Source: Octopus vulgaris (taxonomy: Eukaryota). Taken from it: a stretch of DNA of 64,000 nucleotides. Positions 1-11,911 of this stretch are shown here, one piece after another. The position numbers and the translations under genes are program-made. The notes beneath the pieces were generated by a model. It was not told where the DNA came from and did not search any database. It saw only the letters and a list, made by a program, of their open reading frames with translations. The stretch covers positions 43,400,001 through 43,464,000 of the forward strand of contig OX597831.1 of NCBI GenBank assembly GCA_951406725.2, in the 5' to 3' direction. Positions within the stretch are counted from its first letter, which is position 1. The number at the start of each line of letters is the position of its first letter.

Positions 1-35
1 AGCTTCTTAAACCTCACAGCCATGCTTGTGTTTAA

Positions 36-1115
36 CCCTTTCGTTACCAAACCGCCCAAAGCAGCCCCAAAAAAATTTTGGTTAATGTGACCAAACCGCC
101 CAAACCCGCCCGTATTTACCTATTCATATTTAAATGAGAATATCAGAGCAAATCTCTTTAGTACATTCGTGAAAACACGTATTATACTTCGTAAACCGTT
201 CAACTACAGTTTTGTACAACAATCAAAGTGTAATTTTAATTCCGTGAATTTTGGGAGATTTTTTTCCGAAATTTGTTCCTATTGTGTTTTCAAAATTTGT
301 AATTCTGACAAAAAATGGATACGAATTTCATTATATCAAGCAGCGAGTCAGAATTCGAAGGATTTTCTACTTGAAGACCTTCATAAATCTAACTCTATGA
401 CTGAAAAAAAAAGCACGTGGTATTTGATAATGAATCTGATGTTTCATTTTCCGAAAGTGAAAACAGTGAATCCGAGAGCTCCGACAGCGATAAAGAAAAT
501 GAATTGGCACCTGAATGGAGTGAAAATTTAAAAACTGTTTCTTTCGGTGATTTTTCTGAAGAAACTGGACCAAGCCACAGACTTTCCCATGAGAGTAAAG
601 CCTTAGACTATTTCTTTTTACTTTTTCGAATGAGCCTATTTGAAATCATTACGGCGGAAACGAACCGTTACGCTAAATGTAAACAAAGCGAAAGAAAGGA
701 TAGTTAGTGGTTTCCCACAACCTTAAATGAAATTAAGACTATTTTGCCATAAATATTATTATGGGTATCAGAAAGTTACCCAGAATAACAAATTCTATCG
801 TAAAATTTTGTTGTATACCCAATTGAATATTAGCTAATAACCCTATAGCGATGTTTGAACAAAATTTTAATAATTTTATATTTTGTTGAATTTACCTGTA
901 TCTACATGCAATTAGAGTCACTTTGTGACAAAAATTATAGTATAGAATTGGTTGAGAATATTTCATTAAATTATCTTCCAAAAATCAGATTAATATATTG
1001 ATAAATAAAAAAGTTATAGTTGTTTAATGAAACCAGACTAAATTTATGATTATGTTAGAAATTAATTGAAACACATAAGGGGTGTATTTTGGTCAGAAAT
1101 ATAGTAACGAAAGGG
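36..1115 (+). mobile_element. Internally deleted piggyBac-superfamily DNA transposon
   Basis: TTAA on both sides (32-35, 1116-1119). Perfect 12-bp TIR CCCTTTCGTTAC / GTAACGAAAGGG. Contains a transposase N-terminal relic. Confidence 0.92.
417..795 (+). pseudogene. piggyBac transposase N-terminal fragment (stop, frameshift, truncated)
   Basis: Acidic Ser/Glu/Asp tract, then LDYFFLLF..LFEIITAETNRYA..*WFPTTLNEIK / FAINIIMGIRKLP, which matches the ETN.YA...W...E....MG...P pattern of piggyBac/PGBD transposases. No DDD core is left. Confidence 0.8.
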
Positions 1116-1859
1116 TTAATCACTAGTTGTGAAAAGTTAGCATTTTAACAGATTGCTTTAGTTTACACATAAATTACCTGTTCTATGAGAAAACCGATAG
1201 GTGAAAATAATGTCAACATTGTGATTAACTGACATTTCTGTATTTCATGCTGATGGAAAGAAGGTCAACAAATGTGGTGTGAAATGAAAATGAGCTAAAA
1301 ATAGGCTGCCTCTCAAACAATTTTAAGAGACTAATTAGCCATCTTGTTACCAACCAGTGATTTTGTCATTGTCAATTAATCTTCAGAGTATGGATATGTT
1401 TGAATGACATGGGGAAGAAAAAAAGGCAAGGTTTTGTAACTGTTCCCCTGTCTGAAAGAGAGGTGGAGACTGTTTTTCTCTCAGATAAAATAACAGCCCT
1501 AAGACATCAAATTCCTCATCTCTTTCATCTCTTCATCACCACCATCATCTGAACATACTTTTTCCCCAGACTTGCACAGATCTGATGGAATGTTTTGCAA
1601 CACATTGTCTATGGTTGGAAGCCCTTCCTGTTGCCAACACTTCTTTGATTCCAAGCAAGGTAATATTTCCCATGGCCAGACATATTTTCACAGATTATTG
1701 AAAATGAACAACACTGCTTGCATGACAATGACTTTCATTTATAACACACATACATAAATATTATACTTTTACAAGATGAGTGGTGACAGTGACTTCAAAG
1801 TGGAAGTCTGTGCCCAACAAAGGCTAGTAGGTTGAAACTTTGAAGTCACTAACTATGTA

Positions 1860-1924
<65 letters not shown>

Positions 1925-2470
1925 ATGCATGCATGCATGCATGCATGTACATATATATGATTGGCTTCTTCCATTTTCTGTCAACAAACCCCATTCACAA
2001 GGCTTTAGTCAGCCCAGGGCTATACAAGAAGACATTTTCTGAAGGTACCATACACTGGGACTGAACTGGTAACCATATATATACATACACACACACTAAG
2101 CTTCTTTCAGTTTCCATCAACCAGATCCATTCCACAAGGCTTAGGTCAGCCAGAGACTTAATGAATTGTTGCTTAGCTCCAGTTTAATGCTAACAGAGTA
2201 AACCTATGACCAAATTTGTTCCAGTAGCAACTGTCCAGCCATTTTATATGCCTACTCAATAGGCCAATATGCTGGAAATAGCAGCTTAGTCTAATGTTCC
2301 TCAAATTACACCCAACTGTTATAAAAGAAGAGAACTTTTGAACATGTAATTTCATCCACATAAAAATTGGTTGTTTCCATTACAAACTGGAAAGAAGCAA
2401 AATAGTTAATGGAGGACATACAAACAAGAGGCGATTAAACAACAAAAAGATTAAGAAACAATTCACTTAC

Positions 2471-2666
2471 TGTTAGGAGATCCAACCCAAGCAAGGCCCA
2501 GAGTTCCACCATTGAAATCTCTATATGTGAATATGTAGGCCAGACAAAAATCATCATGAGAAGTAAGAGAGTTCTGATTTAGAAAGTTGCTCACATCAAT
2601 ATTTGGAGAGCAGAACTGACTTGGATTTGTCCCACTGTTGCAATTCTCAGTTTTTGGTGTCATAAT
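2471..2666 (-). CDS. ADAM10: ADAM10 exon, catalytic domain ([12 protein letters not shown]...[44 protein letters not shown])
   Basis: AG at 2668-2667, GTAAGT donor at 2470. 196 nt, phase 0->1. [21 protein letters not shown] is the ADAM10/Kuz signature. Confidence 0.96.
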
Positions 2667-2699
2667 CTATAGTTAAACAGCAAAGTAATAATTTAGTCG

Positions 2700-3365
2700 G
2701 GTAAACATTGGCATCATAAGCTGAAGTCAGTTACATAAATCATATCATAAGATACAAGGAGATAAATAGTTGCATTACAAATTACAATCAGATAAACAAT
2801 GATGCTTATAAGCCAGACAAACAGGCACATCATCATCAAAAGAGCGATAGCTGCTACAAGTTGTTAAAAATTACATCTCTGAAATCTCTTGACTGTGATT
2901 CTGCCCAGACGCTCATATATCAGCCACTGGGTGTCACTGATGACAAAGACCCTCTATTGGTCATAAATTACACTTGGACAAACATTGATCATAAGCGAGT
3001 CAGATTAGCATTGGTGTCTTTACAGTGAGACAAACAATGATACAAGCTTCAGTAGAACATGGCTGTCATTAATTATAGAATGATTTTGATGTCATAAGCT
3101 ACAATGAGATATGAGTGTCAAAACCACGGTGAAACATGAACATAAATATCAAAGCAACAGTGAAACACAGCTGCCATAAGCTATCAGATACTGTCATTAA
3201 AGCTAGTGAAAGATAGATGTCAGAAGTTATAGTTGAATATCAGTGTTAAAGACTGCATTGAAACATGAATACCATAAGTTACAGTTAAAACAACACAAAG
3301 TGTTCATAAATTCCTCAATCACTGCAAAACAAATATTATACAAAACTATAGTTCAACAGAGATTG
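2700..3365. repeat. Diverged ~30-bp minisatellite filling an ADAM10 intron
   Basis: Recurring TGTCATAA(G/A)(C/T)TACA(G/A)TGA(G/A)AC..-like units, roughly every 30 bp. Confidence 0.6.
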
Positions 3366-3489
3366 GACAATGAAAAATACGACAATAACAAGTTGAATGA
3401 AGAATCAGCTAAAATTTACATTTGCAGCAACAAAAAGCTAAATAAATGAATTAAACCAAATATTCTATTGGACAGTTAGTTATACTTAC

Positions 3490-3636
3490 AGTAGTCCGTT
3501 GTACAACAAAACTGACACCAAGAAAATAAGATGACCCATCATATGTTGTAAAATTAGTATCTTCATAGATCGATTTAACTGCATTCACATGATTTACAAA
3601 TAAACCAAGTATTTCGTCTCTGGCCTGTGTAGGATT
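3490..3636 (-). CDS. ADAM10: ADAM10 exon (NPTQARDEILGLFVNHVNAVKSIYEDTNFTTYDGSSYFLGVSFVVQRTT)
   Basis: CAG acceptor at 3638-3637, GTAAGT donor at 3489. 147 nt, phase 0->0. H-V..V..IY..T.F and SF.V.R motifs of the ADAM10 catalytic domain. Confidence 0.94.
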
Positions 3637-5209
3637 CTGTAATGACAATTGTCATGAATTTACTATGATTAAATTGAACTATTTGACTAGATAGATACTT
3701 GAACACAAAAGAAGCAACACACTAGTAGCTTCATTAAACATATAAATCATTGATTCTCAACCATTCCCTACTAGAGGTTCATTTTGCCCATGAAGGCCAG
3801 GTTTTTGAAAGATCTGTTTACTAATAAATAAGCCAATTTTATCAGAGCAAACTTATTTCCCCAGTTTCATCACAAAATTGATAGTTATGATCATCACCAT
3901 TTAATGTCTGGTTTCCATGTTGGCATGGGCTCATGGGTTTGACAGGAGCTGGCAAGCCAGAGGACTGTGCCAAACTCCAATGTCTGCTTTGGCATGATTT
4001 CTATTACTGGATCCCCTTCCTAATGCCAACCACTCTATAAAATACACTGGTGCTCTTTATTTGGCACAAGCACCAATGAAACCACCAATGACTCACAAAA
4101 CAACGCCTCTCAACTGAGGAACGTGAACACAGAATGAGGGAGATGGTTTTATGCTAGGCTGAAGTTATGTGCAACTGGAAAATTCTACACACTGAACAAC
4201 AGCCTTTTAAAATTTCAAACACAACTCACAAATCCTTAGTGGACTACCAGGGACCTGCAAACCCTAGACTGTGAGCCATTGTATTTAAAACAAACGGAAC
4301 TATCACAAGTATTTTCTCAGACTGAATGAAACTGAGGATTGAGTAGGCATCTGCATTCTCTGAAAAATATCAGTTGAAATTTGGCAATATTCTAAGTTTC
4401 CTGCAACAGTTTTCCCATGCTAATTTTTCATCTATGAGAGGAACAGGCATAGCTGTGTGGTTAAGAAATTTACTCCCAAACCATGTGATTTCAGGTTTTC
4501 AGTTCTACTGCATGGCACCTTGGGCAAGTGTCTTCCACAACACCCCCAGCTTGTGAGTGGATTTGGTACATGGAAACCTAAAGAAGCCTGTTGTGCATGT
4601 GTGTGTATCACATATATACGTGGTTAGGAGCAGGCATGGTTGTGTAGTAAGATGTTTACCTCCCAGCCACATGGTTCTGCATTCAGTTCCACTGCATAGC
4701 ACCTAGGGCAAGTATCTTCTACTATAGTCCCAGGTTGGCCAAAGCTTTCAGAATGGATTTGGTCGACAGAAACTGAAAGAAGATCACTGTGTACCTATGT
4801 CATTGTATGTGCGTTTGTTACTGTCTCCAAGCCTTGACATTGCATGATGGTCAATAACAAGTATCCCTGTGGTGCAAGTAGAGTCAAATCTTCCATGGAA
4901 ACATGTCTGGACATAGGAAGATATTACCTTACTTGGAAACAGGTGAGGTTCAGCAACAGATAGGGCACATAGATGTAGAAAATCTGCCTCAAAAAATTCT
5001 GTCCAACTGATGCAAAGATAGAAAAACAGTATTAAATGAAGCAACAGCAGAACTTAGTGTCAGCCAGGCAGACATAAGTAAAAGAAGAGATGTATGTAAA
5101 AAACACAAGACCATGACTGTAGTCAGGTTTATGGTTTAGCAAATATGGCTAGTAATCAAGCACCTTAACCTCATATACATTACATCAAATTATTATTATG
5201 AAATGATGA

Positions 5210-5425
5210 GGTAACGAACTGGCAGAATCGTTAGCACAGCAGATGAAATGCTTAGTGGTATTTCAACTGTCACTACATTCTAAGTTCAAATTCCACTGAG
5301 GTTGACATTGCCTTTCATCTATTCAGGGTCAATGATATATGTACCAGTGAAGTGCTGGGTTTGATGTAATCAATTAGTCTCCTTCCTTCAAATTTCAGGC
5401 CTTGTACCTATAGTAGAAGGAATAA
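5210..5425 (+). mobile_element. tRNA-derived SINE, family B (Meta-domain-like centre)
   Basis: Head CTGGCAGAATCGTTAGCA..GTTCAAATTCC, then GCCTTTCATC..GGGTCAATGA..GTACCAG. Homologous to 14446-14672. Confidence 0.7.
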
Positions 5426-5474
5426 TTATGAAATGATGATAAAACTTCAACTGAATAGTCTTTGGCGTACTTAC

Positions 5475-5621
5475 ATATTTTAATGTTACAGTCATATACT
5501 CCCATAATTGTGGATCTGACTGTAGGAACAACGTACATGTTCGATTACGTACTGAACTTTTGCCATTCTGATTAGCACTCCGAGTATATCGTGACCTGCC
5601 TTCAGAATGACTGGTAGTCTC
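5475..5621 (-). CDS. ADAM10: ADAM10 exon spanning the prodomain/catalytic boundary (ETTSHSEGRSRYTRSANQNGKSSVRNRTCTLFLQSDPQLWEYMTVTLKY)
   Basis: Poly-T TGCAG acceptor, GTAAGT donor at 5474. 147 nt, phase 0->0. RxxR convertase site followed by TC.L..Q.D, the start of the catalytic domain. Confidence 0.94.
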
Positions 5622-5679
5622 CTGCAAAAAAATATAACAAAAAGGGAAAATAGATATAAATTTGTTCAGTTTGGTATAG

Positions 5680-5890
5680 TTAAAATTTCAGATTACTACC
5701 AAATGTAATGCTTATTCAAATTGTTTGGAATTAATCAGACATTATCTTGTGACTCTGAGATTCCAATGATACAAATGCTTATTTTTAAAATGACATTATA
5801 GGATAAGTATGAGAGGCCAGATCTGGCAAGTTTGAACATAAAACAGATGGAATACCTGGGCCGCATATGGTTGGTGCAAATGCTAAAGGG
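5680..5890. mobile_element. piggyBac-type MITE (degenerate copy of the 12822-13041 family)
   Basis: Shares AAATGTAATGCTTATTC..TTTTAAAATGACATT..TTTGAACATAAAACAG..ATGCTAAAGGG with the copies at 12822 and 31541. Confidence 0.65.
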
Positions 5891-6237
5891 CTAATGGATT
5901 AAATTTATCACCCTTAATAACAGTTTACCAGCTTGCAGAGATGTTATGGGCTTTACCTATATAAAACAATTCCAGTTTTTATTTAGCTAAATAGTTATCT
6001 TTTAACTTCTACTTGTGTCAGACATTAGACTGCAGCCATGCTGGGGCACTACCTACAAGAATTTTTAGTCAAACAAATCTACTCCAGTATTTATATAAAT
6101 TTTTTTTTCCAGCTTGGTATTTATTTTATCGGTCTCTTTTGCCGAACCGCTACATTACAGGACATGAACACTCTAACACTGACTGTCAAATAGTGGTTGG
6201 AGACAAAAACAGACAGAGACACAAACACCACACACTG

Positions 6238-6269
<32 letters not shown>

Positions 6270-6336
6270 CGAAAGAGTTAACAAAAACACATATGTCAGA
6301 AACAAGCACACTCTGAAAACCAGAGCAGTAATTATA

Positions 6337-6406
6337 ACAACAAAATTTTATATAGGGTCACCCAAGGTTTCAAAACCTTGGGTGACCCTATGTAAAATTT
6401 TGTTGT
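6337..6406. repeat. Near-perfect ~34-bp-arm hairpin beside (TA)n
   Basis: ACAACAAAATTTTATATAGGGTCACCCAAGGTTT-CA-AAACCTTGGGTGACCCTATGTAAAATTTTGTTGT, one mismatch. Confidence 0.9.
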
Positions 6407-6415
6407 AATATATAT

Positions 6416-6474
<59 letters not shown>

Positions 6475-6489
6475 GGGAGAGAGAGAGAG

Positions 6490-6888
6490 CTTTAAAGTTA
6501 AAGAATTAAGGTTTAGAAAGTAGGCGTTAAATGCAGTATCCAAACTTTGTTTCAGGGTAAGTCTCAGGTAGTGTGCCTGCGTAGCACGTTTGCCACTTAT
6601 GGCTATCAGGCATCATCAGCAATACTTTGCATTCATCATTGGATCTATGTCCAAAACTTCCAGGGTGCACGTAGGATATATTTTAACGATTGATGGAGAA
6701 TACAGTGTAAAACAAAAAGCATTTATTATATTAGCACAACAATTGCTTCAGCTTCAAGCTGCACTGCTCTCTGGTGGTATTATAGTATCATTCCATGTCC
6801 ACTAGGGAACAGTGCAATTTGAAGCAGAAACAATTGTTGCGCTAATAAATGCTTTTGCTATATGCCGTCTTCTCTATTAATCTTTGAA

Positions 6889-6890
<2 letters not shown>
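6490..6890 (-). mobile_element. Short non-coding repeat between (TA)n tracts; homologue at 19440-19928 and partial inverted copy at 19100-19230
   Basis: Reverse complement aligns with 19690-19928 over ~350 bp. Has an internal partial inverted repeat (6715-6760 vs 6810-6860). Confidence 0.7.
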
Positions 6891-6920
<30 letters not shown>

Positions 6921-6922
<2 letters not shown>

Positions 6923-7078
6923 TGCAGGAGTGGCTGTGTGGTAAGTAGCTTGCTTACCAACCACATGGTTCCGGGTTCAGTCCCACTGCGTAGCACCTTG
7001 GGCAAGTGTCTTCTACTATAGCCTCGGGCCGACCAAAGCGTTGTGAGTGGATTTGGTAGACAGAAACTGAAAGAAACT
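6921..7078 (+). mobile_element. tRNA-derived SINE family A, 5' half (3' half at ~8790-9010)
   Basis: A box TGGCTGTGTGG, B box GGTTCAGTCCC. Matches the first half of 9707-10130. Confidence 0.85.
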
Positions 7079-7126
7079 GAGAGTGGTCACTAATTGATCA
7101 AGCACCGTTAATCAAAATCAACCACG

Positions 7127-7179
<53 letters not shown>

Positions 7180-7329
7180 TAGACTATCTGGATGAAATCC
7201 ACTCAATCACACGCCAGAATTCCAACCTTGTCTGATTTTCACATTTTATTTACAATCTTATAATGATATAAGATAATATAATATAATAAAATAAAATAAA
7301 ATAATAGAATGTTAAATGTTCATTCTGAT

Positions 7330-7374
7330 TGAACTAGAACTTTCATGCATTAAATTCTGCAATCTTCAGGTTCA
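7330..7374 (-). ncRNA. Minimal type-I hammerhead ribozyme in the Penelope 3' region
   Basis: Minus strand: tgaac CTGAAGA t-tgca-gaatttaa-tgca-t GAAA gttc TA gttca. 5-bp stem I, stem II with a U-U closing mismatch, CUA cleavage triplet. Confidence 0.75.
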
Positions 7375-7787
7375 TGTAGTAGTGGTGACAGTCAAACTTC
7401 ACAATTTTTGACGGTAGCGAGATGATTGAATCTGTGTCTTAAATACACCTGTGTGGGCTCCAGAATGCTAGGTTTTGCAAACTGTATTCTGACCAATCAG
7501 TGTGTAGTATCACTCAATTACTTAAGCTGATTGGTTGGTTGAGCTGATTGGTTTTAGGTGTCACGCTTTGTTGGACATGTCAAGAGTCCTGTATCTTAAC
7601 CCTGGCCGAGGTAGCAATTGTTGGGCTACTTTTAGAAATGTTGTAAATAGCCTTTTTATAATTTTATATTTCAATTGTCATCATCATCATTGTCAGCACC
7701 TTAATTATTGTTGCTAGTGGTGATGGTGGTGGCAATAGAACTTTTAACCCTAAATAAGATAATTTTCCTGCTATCTAAGTATTATTA

Positions 7788-8770
7788 TTATTGCTTATTT
7801 AGCTTGGGTTCGAATTTATCAATAAAATTCTTTTCTCTGATTTTCCTCTCGATTTCACTTGGGCTGTGTAATTTGTAGAATGGAAATATTATATATATTT
7901 TCCGACCACATGTTGCTAGGTGGTTACTCAAAGGTATCTGACAGACCTCTGGGTCTCTAATCTGTTGTCGGTGTACACGTGAGCGTTCTGATAGTGCATT
8001 TCCCGTCTGACCTACATATATTTCTTCACAATTTGGGCATTTGATGCAGTAAATTAAATTTCTGCTTTTGCAGTTCATATTCGCGTTTGTGAATATTTTC
8101 CCGGTTTTTGTGTTTATATATTGGCCGGTATGTATGAATTGGCATGTGCCACATTGGCTATCATTACATTTAGATACAGTGACTGTTTGGTCTTTGTTGC
8201 TAAGGTCAAATTTTGCCTTTGTTAGTAATTTTTTCAAGTTTTTAGGCTGTCTTTTACCTTAGACATAGCTCGATCCGTGATTATGTCTTTTAATTCATTA
8301 CTTTGGGCAATGATTGGTAGGTTTGCTTTGGCAATGTTGAAGATATTCTGGTGACATGGGTTGTGTGTCACTATGAATGGTATGACTTGTTCTTGTTTTC
8401 CTCTTCCTTGGGTTGTCCTAAGTTGTTGTATGGGTATTTTTATAGCCCGCTGTATGCCATTTTCTATAAGTGGAGATGGGTATTTTTGCTTGAGCAAAAA
8501 TTCTCTTAGTTCTGTTAGGCATTTGTTCCTGATATTTGCATCTTCTATAATGGTACAAATTCTTCTAGCTAGGCAGTATGGGATGTTGCGTTTTGTAAGT
8601 GGTGGATGGCACGACTTAAAATTTAGGTATTGATGTGTGTCTGTGTGTTTATAGTATATATCTGTGGTGATGGTGGTGTCTTTTTTAATTACCCTTATAT
8701 CTAGGAATGGTAATTTGATACTACTCATCTCCTTTGTAAATTGGAGAGATGGGTGTAGGTTGTTCAGGAG
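7788..8770 (-). pseudogene. Penelope RT thumb and GIY-YIG endonuclease (one frameshift near 8250)
   Basis: LNNLHPSLQFTKE..LPFLDI..TDIYYKHTDTHQYLNFKSCHP..KRNIPY.LARRI (RT). SKRQPKNLKKLLTKAKF, C..C.TC, NLIYCIKCPNCEEIYVGQT..LSER...H, RE..FI..FEPKLN (GIY-YIG). Confidence 0.92.
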
Positions 8771-8771
8771 A

Positions 8772-8789
<18 letters not shown>

Positions 8790-8815
<26 letters not shown>

Positions 8816-9009
8816 CTGTGTTTGTCCCCCTCCAACATCGCTTGACAACAGATGCTGGTGTGTTTACGTCCCCGTAACTTAGGGGTTCAGCAAAAGAGAC
8901 CAATAGAATAAATACTAGGTTTACAAAGAATAAGTCCTGGGGTCGATTTGATCAACTAAAGGCGGTGCTCCAGCATGGCCGCAGTCAAATGACTGAAACA
9001 AGTAAAAGA

Positions 9010-9010
<1 letters not shown>
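8790..9010 (+). mobile_element. SINE family A, 3' half
   Basis: TGTGTTTGTCCCC..GATGCTGGTGTGTTTACGTCCCCGTAACTTAG..GGCGGTGCTCCAGCATGGCCGCAGTCAAATGACTGAAACAAGTAAAAGAG. Confidence 0.85.
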
Positions 9011-9056
<46 letters not shown>

Positions 9057-9706
9057 ATGTGATTCTCTTACTTTCTATCTACTAAATCCATTCAAAAGGC
9101 TACAGAAGACACTTGCCTGGTGTACCACTGAGCTCAGGACCATGTGATTAGGAAGCAAACTTCTTACCACACAGCCACACCTGTGCCGACTATATTCAAA
9201 TTTCTCTGAAGAGGTACCATAGTGCAAGTAAACAGTTAAATAGACAATGCAATCCAGCTCTACATTTATTGTTTTTATATCACATAAGGTTACAGGATTC
9301 CAATGAGCCAGTCACTAATTGAAGCTTTCCAATGGTGAAAGTGACAAAGGATAAAGGTGGAGTAAATACCACACAAAGGATTTGATATCCATATTTTAGC
9401 TATCATACTGAGGTCTTCCTCATTTGCCGAAATATTTCAGCAAAATTATACCCAGATGGTTTGAGGCATCATCACCACAATAGTATAAAAATTGTGGTTT
9501 TGGCAGTTAAACCGACATTTCCATTGTGTCTTCCTCTCAAATTCATACAACTTCAGCTAATTCTTCTGGTCCTTCACAGAGACGATTACCGTTGGTGAGG
9601 CCTGGTTGCCTGATAACCATTATCACAGGGTAAAAGTATACCTTGTGCTAAAAGTTTATCCCTCCAAACAAAACAAAATAAATACTTTAAAAAATATTAT
9701 TACTCA

Positions 9707-10130
9707 GGCGCAGGAGTGGCTGTGTGGTAAGTAGCTTGCTAACCAACCACATGGTTCCGGGTTCAGTCCCACTGCGTAGCATCTTGGGCGAGTGTCTTCT
9801 GCTATAGCCCCGGGCCGACCAATGCCTTGTGAGTGGATTTGGTAGACGGAAACTGAAAGAAGCCTGTCGTATATATGTATATATATATATATGTATGTGT
9901 GTGTGTTTGTGTGTCTGTGTTTGTTCCCCTAGCATTGCTTGACAACTGATGCTGGTGTGTTTACGTCCCCGTCACTTAGCGGTTCGGCAAAAAGAGACCG
10001 ATAGAATAAGTACTGGGCTTACAAAAAGAATGAGTCCCGGGGTCGAGTTGCTCGACTAAAAGGCGGTGCTCCAGCATGGCCGCAGTCAATATGACTGAAA
10101 CAAGTAAAAGAATAAAAGAAAGAAAGAATA
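9707..10130 (+). mobile_element. Full-length tRNA-derived SINE family A
   Basis: GGCGCAGGAGTGGCTGTGTGGTAAG head with A/B boxes, internal (TA)n(TG)n, A-rich tail. Many copies in the window. Confidence 0.9.
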
Positions 10131-10139
10131 AAGCCTTAC

Positions 10140-10272
10140 CCGTTTATGTCGATCATTTTGTTTTATCACAGATAACTGAACTGATTTCATCCATTCGTGG
10201 ACATCGTCATTTGCGCAGCTTCCTATATTTTTATTAAACTTCAATTCTTTCTGTTCTTTCTCTCTTCTTTCT
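10140..10272 (-). CDS. ADAM10: ADAM10 prodomain exon with cysteine-switch-like Cys (ERREKEQKELKFNKNIGSCANDDVHEWMKSVQLSVIKQNDRHKR)
   Basis: TATAG acceptor at 10274-10273, GTAAGG donor at 10139. 133 nt, phase 2->0, in frame with both neighbours. G.CA...V...M motif. Confidence 0.88.
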
Positions 10273-11911
10273 CTATAGAAATAAGTACCACATAACATTA
10301 TGTAGAGGGTAACAGAAACACAGAATCACCATTTTATTTTTTATCAATCTTCCAAAATGGTTTTTTTTTATGTTCAATGCTAATAAAGCCTGGTTATTTT
10401 TCTTTTTACAAATTGGAATATCCACATGAACAGTAGATTTGGACATCTTTTCTAAAATGAACTTACTTTATTTTTTCCGTTTTATGTTCAGATAACTAGC
10501 ATAATTACATATATCAAGAAAACTGCCATAATAGGAGTCAACAAAGGAACCTTTACTTAGTTGTTTGACCCATTAGAAATAGTAGCCAAATTTCCCTCAA
10601 ATTACACAATGTCGTCTTAAATCAGGAGATGATATTGTCCCAGATTAATAAGATGGAATAGTCGTGATTGGAAATCCTTTGGTCGCAAGTCTAACATTGG
10701 TAAAGTGGAGCTGACTTGGGGTTAAAGAAAAACTACATACTATATATGATCACAACATAGTTAAAACTTTCACACCTTCTCTGTATAAAATATATACAAT
10801 ACTGAGTTAACATGTATTAGAGGTCCAGAAAATATGCTAACCCTCTACAATTACAATATAAACTAGAGTATTGCTCCTGCTTTTGAGATGGTGGAACTGC
10901 CATGCACAAATACATTCCAACCTGTCTTGCCTATATATATATATATATAAAAAAAAAAAAACTTTCACTACCAGTGACCAATGTGCTGTCTCCCTATATA
11001 TCGTCTGTCACAAATACATTGATCTTTGTTCCTCAAAATTGTCCAAAACTCAATGGTTTGGATTTATATCTTTCACCATTCCTACTAAACTCATCTCCCA
11101 GTACTACATCTCTCCGAAACTCCTCTTTTGCTCGTCTATTCCTGTCAAACACTAACTTACAGGTGTCCTAACACAAAATTCATCAAGCCATATACAAACC
11201 TTAGTCAAACAAAGCCTTATGCAGCTACAGCCACTGCTGCTACTCCTTAGACAATATACAAAAGTAATCTTTCACATACATAATAATGTCTGTTTTAATA
11301 AAAAGTTCTTACTATAAAAAATTCTAATCCTAAGCCTTAAAGTATAGTTGCTAAATATAAATGAAATTAAGCAAACTGCTTTCTTCTGATCTAAATAATC
11401 CCTGACATTTGTGTTTGGCTCCAGCTTGAATGTGATGTAATAATCTGCTTATAAAGGACACTAGTAATTTACCTTTCTAAAGAGATTATAGTAAATTTCC
11501 CTTGAAAAATAGGCAAAAGTGAATAGAGAGGAATTTTTTTCTTGTGTATGTGAATAGAGTGAACTTTAAAGGCAGTGTGGAGCAACGAATATGTTGATTT
11601 TGGCTGCAGAAGCACTGCTTACAGAACCCTCTGGGTAGAAAAGTGTATGGGTAGGTAGATTTGGCAAAGAAAGATGTGATTCTTTTGGCAAGAAACCAAA
11701 AAGTGCAGAGGAAATGTAGGAAAGAAAACTGGCACATTGAGTGTGTCAGAAATACATATTCTGTTCTCTGGATAGTTTTCCTGTATGAATTCATGTTTGC
11801 ATATAAAAAGATTATTTCCTTTATACATTATAAAAAGCTGTAGGTTTTCACTAATGGCTGCAAACTGAAAATATGTTAAAAACCATTTAAAAGAAAATGT
11901 AAAATACTTAC

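Larger units (their letters stand above)
7172..8771 (-). mobile_element. 5'-truncated Penelope-like retroelement (RT C-terminus, GIY-YIG endonuclease, 3' region with hammerhead)
   Basis: Coding relic at 7788-8770, hammerhead downstream on the same strand, (TA)n at both ends. Confidence 0.92.

Noticed and set aside
169-573. ORFs 169-531 (+) and 367-573 (-)
   Set aside because: Alternative frames over the piggyBac relic with no recognisable motifs.
1120-2460. ADAM10 zinc-binding HExxH exon
   Set aside because: No HEVGHNFG-like coding sequence is visible. The exon should lie beyond the left edge.
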